Origin: Schmidtea polychroa
Taxonomy: Eukaryota
NCBI GenBank assembly: GCA_044892525.1
Contig: CM097885.1
Coordinates: forward strand, 166,470,001 to 166,534,000
Length of the DNA: 64,000 nucleotides
Reading direction: 5' to 3'
Shown here: positions 1-9,722 of the stretch, in pieces
Layout of the letters: each line of letters opens with the position of its first letter
How positions within the stretch are numbered: the stretch's first letter is position 1
Notes under the pieces: model-generated
Seen by the model: the letters and a program-made list of their open reading frames with translations, nothing else
The model's database searches: none
What the model was told of the DNA's origin: nothing
Translations under genes and position numbers: made by a program

Positions 1-150
1 AAATGTGATTCCATTTAGTAATTAATAAATAAAGTTTCAGAAACTTTTATGTGAGATTTTAACAAAATCAAAGCATAAATGATTTTCAAATTCATTATTC
101 GTTGAGTGATGCGACTGCTTAAAATGAAACCCCAGTAAACATCGATGCAT

Positions 151-520
151 GTGGGGAGAGATGGGGGTAAATTATTTGCTATGAATTATGAGCATTTATC
201 ACACATTTCAATGTATATTTGCTTTTAATATCTGTCTAAATTAACATTGCAATTAGCCATGCAAATGAATTTTGTTTAAATATTCATAGGTGATTTGAAA
301 ATATATTTAAAATAAAACCAACTTAGTCCACTCATTGTAATCTTTTGGTTTGCATGATTTTTTGGTTGGTTTACTACTTTCAGCCTACGGTTGGAATCAA
401 TTTTGAAAATTAGTTAAACAACAAAACTTTTAAATCTTGATCATTATTTCTTCCCGGTTCCACATTTTGCATTTTTCTTATGGGAAAATTATTTATCCCT
501 TCATTGTCCCCATTTCCCGC
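151..520. mobile_element. Small MITE-like element with imperfect G-rich/C-rich terminal inverted repeats
   Basis: Left end gtggggagagatgggg; right end ccccatttcccgc followed by TA. The match is imperfect and there is no coding capacity. Confidence 0.35.
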
Positions 521-3339
521 TAGCGTGGGCTTCTTAAGCGATTCATCGACAGAATTAATTTCATTGACCCATGACTAAATTAAATATAAAAAATATAGCA
601 AATAACCGTTACATTCAACTTGAAAATCACTCATTATTTCTTCTTTAATCGAAGAATCTAATTGATTAATTGAAAGCATTTCAGTGGCTTTTCTTAAAAC
701 TCGGCTAAATATAAATTATTTATAGAATTTACAAACATTGTTATACCTATCAGGCGATAACTTTTGCAATCGCTTTTCACAAAAATCTTCTAAGTGAGGA
801 TATCTACCTTCTTCACCCGATCTGTTATTGTAATTTGAATTTTAAAACTAGTCAACAAAAGACATTAATGAATACTTAAGAGTTAAATAGATTTTTTCTA
901 GTTCCAACACATTGGTACACTTTTCAATATGGTCATAATCCAAATAACTGATTGGAATCTTAAACGTTTTAGAAAGACTGTCACAAGATTCCATCTGTTC
1001 GTTGCTATGAATACTTTTAAAACAAATGCGACTTTAAATTATAATAATCTAACTTATTGATGAATTAGAGTGAAAGAACAAATAATTAAATTAGAATTAA
1101 AGTGTAATTAAATTACATATAATTTTCATATTAATATTTGTAAGATCAAAATAATATAAAAGGTGTATGATAATTCGGCGCAACCGTTATCAAATACAAA
1201 CTTGATAAAGGCTGAGTCGATATATCGTGTACCTAATATATTATTTTGGTCTTACAAATTTTAATATGAAAATCATTAAATTAAAAATAGATTAAAGGTG
1301 AATACAAACGATAAATACATATATAATATATTATTTATAAATATATGAAAAATTGTCAAAGTAAAAATTAACATCAAAATTGACATACTTGAAAAAATAA
1401 TTTATATTAACAATAATTATTAAACAACAAAATATTTAAAATTTTTATGAAATAATTTTCAAAGACAAACACCCTTTTTCTATTGAAAATATCCTGAGAC
1501 CTTAAATTACCATGCTTTTTATTTGTTGGGCTAGAACTGATTTCTAGACCCAAACTTCTAATTGTGGCTGCAATGTGTAGGTACACAACATGCAAAAAGC
1601 AAAAAGTATAGTCAAATATTAAAAATACACCAAATAAACAATATTAACTAAAGAAGAAAGCAACAAAAAATAAACAAAGAAATTAAATAAAATTATACAA
1701 AAGCAAGAAGTTATGCAAAATAGAACTCAAAAATAACCAAATAAACACAGAGTTACAAAAAACAGACTCGAATAACTTAAAAAACGGTAAAAACAGTAAA
1801 AATTTCCAGAAAACCCAAAACATTCCATAAAAATGGCGAGGACCATCACAAAAGCCAGTTAGAACAATAAAAGTTAGAAAAATAACTAAACTAGTAATAA
1901 AAATAAAAATTCGAAAAAAGAAATTCATAAAACATCAGTTAAAATAAAAATAAAATTAAAATTAACATGGAATGTTCTGGAACCGTTCCAAATCCATCAT
2001 GGACGGCAAATTAACAAAAAAATAATTAAAAAATATAAAAATAAAAACAAAAATTATGGCATAAAAATTGCCATTAAAAATAGAAAAATCGCAAAATAGA
2101 AAATTCTGGAATAAAAAAGAATTCGAGTTTGTTTTAATGCATCAATACATACACGTGTACAAAATAGGTATATATACTGACACGTTTCAGCCACAAATCA
2201 TCATTATTTTATGCCAAAATTTTTTTTTGTCAACAAAATATCGATAATGAGTATTATTGCTTCATTTTATTGATTATTATTTTATTTTATTATTATGTAT
2301 CTATTGTTGACCCATCTATGTTAAACGATTAAAATGATTTATATTTTGATTTTGCTTAATTAATTTTTTTTGTGTGATGTACGAATGTTCAACGGCGTAC
2401 TGGTATTCCTGCGTCGTTGTTCAGTCCTGCATCCAATTTAGTAAAAATCTCATAGGGCATGTAAACCTGCATTATCTATATTATATTAATCCATATTATA
2501 CGGCTCTTTTTGTTCGGGTCAGCCGGAGGTCGAACTACTTCATGGTCCTGCCATGGAGTAAGGTCGAGGAAACCCTCCGCCTGACTCTTTGTATTTATCT
2601 AAGGTCAACCGTAAATGGTTGACTCAGCACACAACACTAAGGTTTGTGGAAGTGGTCACAGGGGGGCCATGGAAGCAATATTCTTCCCGACCTTTTACGT
2701 AACACATATTTAAATTCAACATTTAAAATCAGTACAACAAAAATACACTAAGGTCCTTAATTGAGTAGAACTCATACCTAAACTCACACAACTATACAAA
2801 TCACACGAATGTAGCTGGTTGATCAATAATAATATTTTTGGTACACTTGGACATATGCCGAATTGGGTTTGGTAATAGAATCTCATGGTAATTGGAATAT
2901 TAGAAACGGTAAAATTATTCGGCCTATGTCTAAGTAGAGCTTAAATCTGGATAGACCTGTGAATTAATCATCGACTTAATGGATCCAATGTAAGGGAAAA
3001 GGTTATAAATCTAAAAGAATTTCGAGTCTAAGTTCTCACTGTAAAATATTCATAAAGGTATAAATAATTAGTTATAACTTTTATCAATAATTATAATAGG
3101 TTAGAGATAATTATATTGACCTTAAAAAGTAAAACGTTGACGGATAAATCCCGATTAGGAGTTATAGAGTCAGAGTATAAAATTCTGTTTTATGACTAAG
3201 TCTATGTGAATGTGGAACTTCGGGAAATATAACTCATAGACAGTTACCAATAAACCTGAAAAATGTTATAAGACGATGTAGATCACATAAAAGTAATCTC
3301 ATAAAAGGTCATATAAAGCTGACTAAAGGATCGTAAATC

Positions 3340-4100
3340 GCAAGGTACCAAAACTATAAATTATAAAACGTAAGACTATAAGTAATAATCTAAAATCGTA
3401 GGTTACTGAACATAAAACTATAAACTATAAATTAAAAACCTAAATTTCTAAATTGTAGACTATAGAAGTGTAAAGCATAATTACAAAGTCTAAAATATCG
3501 AATATAATATTATAAGTTATAAAACTATAAATTAAAAACCTAAATTTCTAAATTGTAGACTATAAAAGTGTAAAGCATAATTATAAAGTCTAAAATATCG
3601 AATATAATATTATAAATCATAAACTATATAACTATGGATTAAAAATCTAAATTCCTAAATTGTAGATTATAAAAGGGTAAATCATAACTACAAAGTCTGA
3701 AATGTAAGATCGTAAAATGTTGAATATAAAATTATAACCTAAAAACTATATAACCATAAAGTAAAAATCGAAATTTCTAAAGGGTAGACTATAACTGTAT
3801 AAATCACAACCATCAAGTCTAAAATATAACATCCTAAGATATTGAATATAAAACTATAAACCATATAACCATAAATTAAGAATCCACCTTCCTAAATGGT
3901 AGACTATGAAACTATAAATCTGAAAATATAAAATTAGGAAATAGAAAATATAAAATTGTAAAATGTTAAATAAAAAAGTCATAAATTATAAAGCGGATAA
4001 CGAGAACTTATAAAGTATGAATTACTAAACTGTAAGGTATAAAATTGGAAATTGTAGAACGAAAACCTGCAAAGTGCAAAATGTAACATTCTAACTAGAA
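3340..4100 (+). repeat. Degenerate tandem array of about 100-125 bp units built from TATAAA-like subunits, inside the 5.25-kb element
   Basis: aaactataaattaaaaacctaaatttctaaattgtagactata recurs at about 3422 and 3522, with more diverged units at about 3630, 3755 and 3868. Confidence 0.8.
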
Positions 4101-4149
4101 TATGAATCTCTAAATTGTGAAAGACAAAATACGAATGGTAAAATATAAA

Positions 4150-4310
4150 GTTATATTATCACTATTATTATCATTATTATTATTATTATTGTTGTTATTA
4201 TCGTTGTCATTGTTGTTGTTATTATTATTGTTCTGATTACTATGCTTATTGTTCTCATTGTTGTTATTCTCATTATTATTATTATTATTACTATTATTAT
4301 TATTACCACT
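4150..4310. repeat. (TAT/TTG)n microsatellite
   Basis: Direct reading; it produces the spurious poly-Asn ORF 4110-4358 (-). Confidence 0.85.
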
Positions 4311-5259
4311 ACGATCACTTGTTATCCTTGTTACCACCATTTTTACTGTTATGATCATAATTAGTATTACTTACTAGGGAAGTAAAAATCAATTATTGAT
4401 TTTTTCTGATTCCCATATCTAGATTCGGAGTCAATTCTGTTGCCCAATAAAAACGTTCCTAACCTAAAAAATCTATATTTAGCAACACCCCCCCCCCCAG
4501 AGAAACATCAAGGAAAAATTCAAGACGGGGATACGACCATCAAGAGTTTCCAGGAGACGGTGAGAATGACTCCGGCGAACCATGCAAATGAATAAATAAG
4601 CCATAATTCGCAGAGATTTACTTATGTACAGAATACAAATATTCCCGGAAAATTTCCAAATTCTACGAGTGATAAATTGCGGGTCCAAATCAAATATTGG
4701 GCATGAAATGACATTCCCTGGGAAGGATTATGGGGAGACTGCTCCAAGCTAACCTATTCCCTCTTACTCGATCGAGGTTCATAATAATATCACCTAAAAA
4801 TTAAGGAATTAGGAAAATTAAATAAATTACTTGCTTGTAGATCGAACCACTCATAACGAGCACAACCGAAGGAAAGGTAAGCAGACGAAGAGCTTAGTTC
4901 ATTGCTAGTACCTGTCGCCCCAGCGTGCCCGAATTTAGTGGCCTAAAAATGACGATCTAAAAACCTCCCATTTTATTAAAATATAAATTAAAATTCATAA
5001 ATAGTAATTAAAATTACCACTTAGTGGTAAACAAAATTTTTGAATGTAAATGATTAATTTAAACAAACGAATTTTGACGAATTTTTTGGATAAAGTGAGA
5101 GATCTTATTCTACTGTTCCTAGGATTATAGATGCTAGTTTTAAAATAAATGGTTTTTCTTTAACTTTGAATTTTTAAAAGAGAAACGGGATCAACAAAAT
5201 CCCGTGTTTAACCTCGTAATACAATCTATATAAAGTGGCCTGATTGTTACTTTGTAGAA

Positions 5260-5625
5260 ATGTCCTACTCTGACAGCAGCAGCATCGAAGAAGACGATCG
5301 GCAGACGATCACCCGACTCCGTACCCGGTACATTTGGTACCACATCCATCGGTGGAGTCAGGGACGGGACCTGAATTGTGCAGATCGAGTGATCCGGCAA
5401 GGCCCCGAAGCAGATGCCCCGGCGTGGGTGAAGACGGAGCCGGAGAACAACCGGTTGCAGGAATCCCGCGATCAAGCGGCCTGGGACGTAGAAGCCGCTC
5501 AGATCCGGCTTAAGAAGATAGACTTGCAGATCAGGGCAGAAAGGGAGGGGGTGCCCCTAGAAGAGCTAAATGAAGCCGAGGTACCCTTGAGAAAGAGAGG
5601 GAGGCCCCGCAAGTATCAATTGTGA
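5260..5625 (+). CDS. Orphan 121-aa protein with C-terminal AT-hook (ORF A of the TG...CA element)
   Basis: Intact GC-rich ORF in AT-rich DNA, ending LRKRGRPRKYQL (AT-hook core RGRP). Acceptor-like tttgtag lies 2 nt before the ATG. Confidence 0.6.
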   Translation: MSYSDSSSIEEDDRQTITRLRTRYIWYHIHRWSQGRDLNCADRVIRQGPEADAPAWVKTEPENNRLQESRDQAAWDVEAAQIRLKKIDLQIRAEREGVPLEELNEAEVPLRKRGRPRKYQL

Positions 5626-5903
5626 TTAGGAGCCGACATTTGACTTACTTCAATAACTTCTTATCTAGTGGGTGTGGCTTAATTAATGATCAATTTTGAC
5701 TAATGTTATTGTTAAATAATAATCTCTTATTCATTGGGTGTCTTAATTAACAATTACAATTGACTGGGGTTTATTATCAAATGAAGTGTTTTCTTTTTAA
5801 ATTGAGTTGTAAGTAACAAGTATAACAATGTCCTAGCAACGCATTATTAGTATTGATTAATCAGTAAACTCTTTTAGCATGTGTAAAATTAATAACACCC
5901 TTT

Positions 5904-6383
5904 ATGTTTTCAGTGTATAAGTTAATGGAAAACTTGCGGAAGGATCGGGAGCAGGCCCAGCAACAAGCAGACGAACTCCGGACCCGAGTAGATAAGCTAA
6001 AAGGGAAATGTCGGGAGTTCGAGGGGACCTGGTTTAGCCCCGAGGCGATGAAAAGGAAAGCAACCCAGATTCTCCAGCTGCAGACACAAGCCACCCAGGA
6101 TCAAATGGAGATTCGCGCCCTAAAATTGCAGGTGCGGGCGCTCGAAACCGAACGGAATGAGCGGTTTGTGCAGGAATCCACAGCAAGGCAAATCCGGCCG
6201 CTGACCGTCGAGCTGGCAGCGATATATCCTCCGGCCGCTGAAAGCAAACCTAAACGAAAACGGCTAGGACGAAACATCCGTGAAAAATTAAAGAAGGCCA
6301 GGCTGGCCGAGCACGAAATGCAAGTGGACTCATCGCAAACGTCTACGACGGGACTAATTGGTCCCACTAATAAGCCGAGTTGA
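5904..6383 (+). CDS. Orphan coiled-coil protein with WFSP motif and basic NLS-like tail (ORF B)
   Basis: Intact GC-rich ORF containing LKGKCREFEGTWFSPEAMKRKATQILQL and KPKRKR. It is homologous by eye to 53462-54082. Acceptor ttttcag at 5907-5913; likely ATG at 5925. Confidence 0.65.
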   Translation: MFSVYKLMENLRKDREQAQQQADELRTRVDKLKGKCREFEGTWFSPEAMKRKATQILQLQTQATQDQMEIRALKLQVRALETERNERFVQESTARQIRPLTVELAAIYPPAAESKPKRKRLGRNIREKLKKARLAEHEMQVDSSQTSTTGLIGPTNKPS

Positions 6384-6916
6384 ACTGTTATTCCGTTTTT
6401 TGCAGTGTGTTTTATATATTTTTAGTATCAAAATAATATTTTTTATTGTTGTTACAATAATACATATTTTGTAGAGTTAAAATAATGTCTGGTATATTTA
6501 TGATTGCCTGGGAAATGAGAGTTTGTGCGTAAGGTTGGGAAAACAATTTTGATAAGGGACCTGAGGAAATCGGACACAAACCTTCTAACGGTAGTCCGTG
6601 AACCCATAGAGTACTCGACAATTATAGTGCCTTGATGCGCTCACTTTTTGCGAGTACTCAACCCCTTGGTACAGTACCAACGTTGATTACTCAACGGGTA
6701 CCAAGTGGAAACACATGTTGTATTTTGGGTTACGCTGGTAACAGCACTTTAACATCCGACCACCAGTAACCCACCATATTGAAGACCATCTTTTTCTATT
6801 GAAAATGTCATGAGACCTTAAATTACCATGCTTTTTTAATGATAATCGATTTTGTATTGAAAATTATTGGGCTTTTTTCTATAGGGCCTATCTATTTGTA
6901 TTGAAAAAAAACTTGT

Positions 6917-6967
6917 GAGCTCCCTGGAGCAGGGGGGCACCCCCCCCCCTTTTGCTCCAGGGAGCTC
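6917..6967. repeat. Perfect 15-bp-stem GC-rich hairpin, part of the small repeat into which the 5.25-kb element inserted
   Basis: gagctccctggagca ... tgctccagggagctc. Confidence 0.8.
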
Positions 6968-7654
6968 CTAACTACCTACTATACTTTGTAAGTTATGTTT
7001 TCTCCGATTTAAGGCCTTTTAATGGCAGACCTATTCGCTAATGAGTGTGCGACACGAGCAGTAGGATTAAGCCAGCTCACCTCTGCTCATGCATTCCGCT
7101 GCTGTATACAGTCTTATCTTATCCACGCGGAATACAGTCGATTGTTTGCAATAGTCCTGTTGCATGTTTTAAGCTTTCCTCGAAGATGGATAAGATCAGT
7201 GGGAGCTTCACCTGAGTCGAGTTAGGTATAACCCATTGAACGAGAACAATACGCATCACACAAAGTTCAATTAAAACCCTCGATAATACTTCAATTAAAA
7301 AAATAATTAAGAAACAATTAGGAAAAAATATAAAACATCAACACAAAATGAATAGAATAATAAAATCCTCATAATTTGTTGATTTATATTGATAAAATTC
7401 ACCGGCTACGGAATGAAAAAGAAAAAATAATTACGATTTCATTGACATACGAAATACCATTATTAGGTTCGTTAACTAGATCAAACGATTAACACTGTTT
7501 GCACTATTGGACCTCTAAAAATACTGCGCGTTTAAATAACTCAGATAACTCGATTTCAACAATAAATATTTATTTAAAATGTAAATTCAACAAATATGTT
7601 TTTCTGTTGGGTGAAAGGTGCGCAATTATTCTGATAATCACACAAAGTAAGTTA

Positions 7655-7735
7655 ACTTTTTAACAATGGTTTTTTATTTGACTTGCGTTAAAAATCACTT
7701 CGTTCAAAATCTTTGGATTTAGAGATTTGTTCATA
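7655..7735 (-). pseudogene. Degenerate partial duplicate of the RRP15 exon1-intron-exon2 junction
   Basis: aacaatggttttttta and cacttcgtt(c/a)aaaatctttggatttagagattt match 8991-9080; the intron segment is shortened. Confidence 0.55.
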
Positions 7736-8668
7736 TATTACCTTCAAGTAACTCCAACGAAATATTCTGCAAATACCAGTGTTTCTCTGTACTTATTTTT
7801 AGTCTATTTAGTTCGCTAGATGCTTGGTAGAAATACTAGTCGCAGATGCGGCCTCGTTTTAATGCCGTCCTGGACCCCGGAATTTTAAAAATAATTGAAG
7901 ATGGTGAGATTCAACAAAAGAACTTATAGATCCATGTTTAGTTTTATTTTGACAATAATATGTAATTAACCAGCACGCTTTATGTTTAATTAGAAGCGTG
8001 AGACGTCGTGAACGAGATTTTTCTTTAAACGAATTATGAAGCTAAATATTTAAATAATCCAGTGATAATAATGTGCTCAACGCATTAATTCTTTCCAAAG
8101 TTCAGTTTTATTTAGCTTTATTTCTTAAATTAAACGTTACAAAATACCATTTCAACAATGACATCCAATAAATTATCACTCAGGGAAAAGCGATTATTAG
8201 TTTATCAATAACTATCATTAATTGGTCAAACTTTTAGGGTTACGCGATAATGGCGGATTCGACATAACATTTCCCGAAAAATAAATACATTTTTTTAATA
8301 TATAAATTGTTATCATTGTCTTACAAATCTTCAACGAATCAGCCCAGTTCTGGAATTAATCGGGTAGACATAAATAAAAAATGTATTCAAGGGGTAAGAA
8401 AGGAGAAAAGTTGAGAACATTAACTCTAGAGCCCTTAATTCATAAGGGTATTTGAAATAATTAGTCAAAATGATGCAATAAATAAAATAATAATTACTAC
8501 TACAATATTGAAATATCAATATTTAAAATCACGATTGTCTTATAAATTAAAAATCATAAAATAAGTTTATTATAAATAAAGTCATGGCAAATGAAGTTAC
8601 AATACATATCAAATTTATATTACAGATATGGTTTGATCATAATAACAACCAAAATAAACCAGCTGTAT

Positions 8669-9215
8669 TTATAAACTAGCTTCAATAGTGTAAGTCTTTT
8701 TAACTGGCTTTTTATTCAATCTTTGAATAAAATTTCCTTTAGAGGTTGATGCTATAACTTTTTCTTTTTTAGTTTCTGATTTACCAGCTTCTTCTAATTC
8801 AAACTTGATTTCTTTTTGATGAGAACTAATTGCATTAAACAATTGCACAACACCCTTAGTAGCTAAACTAGCAAAGTATCTTTCTCGTTTTTTTTCTTGA
8901 ATAAAACCTTCATCTAAATCTATATCAAACTTATTCATTGATATTGAACCGTTAATTACTGAACGCCTACGCTTTCGACCACCAACAGCAAACAATGGTT
9001 TTTTATATGACTTAAAAATGTTGTATTATTTAAGTAAAATATTAAAAACTCACTTCGTTAAAAATCTTTGGATTTAGAGATTTACTGATTTGTTCATCAT
9101 TTGTATTTTCTGGGCTTTCCTCTGAAATGAGGCACATAATATGACCAGGTTTTCCATCTTTGCCTTTTAAATTAAGCAATTTTTGAAAAACTCGTTTTAA
9201 AGATTCATTTGACAT
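8669..9215 (-). CDS. RRP15: RRP15-like ribosome biogenesis protein (2 exons)
   Basis: Exon1 9215-9054 (54 codons, MSNESLKRVF...), 43-bp GT-AG intron 9053-9011, exon2 9010-8669 in frame. Contains the Rrp15 motif ERYFASLATKGVVQLFNAISSHQK. Confidence 0.85.
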
Positions 9216-9722
9216 TTTCAGAAATACCTAATATTTAAACAAGTTTTTGCCAATAACGTTTTTCAAATGTTTCACCAAATTGTAAAACTAAAATATTTAT
9301 TTAGTCATTTAAGACACATAAATTAATTTATACTTTTACAAAGTAATTTATGTCTTAAATTTTTAAAAAATTAAAAATTTCGATATTTGTTAAATAACGA
9401 GTTTCAAATAATTTAGTTTATAATTAATTTATCTCATTTTTAGTGGCGAAAAGTAAGAAATAGTCTATAATTTGATCGAATGAAATATATAACATAGTGT
9501 TTTAATATTTAATTACTATCACTTACCAATAGTTACTTATACAAACTCTTCAAATTTTCTTCAAAATGAAACTTCGAAAATTAAATAATGTAGTTTAGTA
9601 AACGTTATAGTAAAAATAATAATGTTTCAAAAATAAGATTATGTTTAAATTAAAATATTATAAATTTTAAAATATTAATTTAATAATGCTAGTGTAAGTA
9701 ATTTTTAATATTTGTAGTGATA

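Larger units (their letters stand above)
1524..6776 (+). mobile_element. 5,253-bp TG...CA element with 4-bp TSD; candidate giant solo LTR carrying two ORFs
   Basis: Starts TGTTGGGCTA (1524) and ends TAACCCACCA (6776), an imperfect terminal inverted repeat. TATT flanks both sides (1520-1523, 6777-6780). It interrupts a repeat whose 47-bp subunit lies on both sides (1474-1520, 6790-6836). No RT, integrase or transposase ORF is seen. Confidence 0.75.

Noticed and set aside
3340-4100. CRISPR-like array or other prokaryotic system
   Set aside because: The window is eukaryotic, and the repeats are degenerate tandem units without unique spacers or cas genes.
4110-4358. Poly-Asn ORF
   Set aside because: Translation of a (TAT/TTG)n microsatellite.
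5191-6367. Reverse-strand ORFs 5191-5475, 5861-6094 and 6101-6367
   Set aside because: Antisense shadows of the GC-rich ORFs A and B; the same applies to 53635-53949 and 53788-54246.
1474-6836. 47-bp direct repeats read as a long TSD or short LTRs of the 5.25-kb element
   Set aside because: The true junctions are TG/CA with a TATT TSD. The 47-mers are tandem subunits of the interrupted target repeat.
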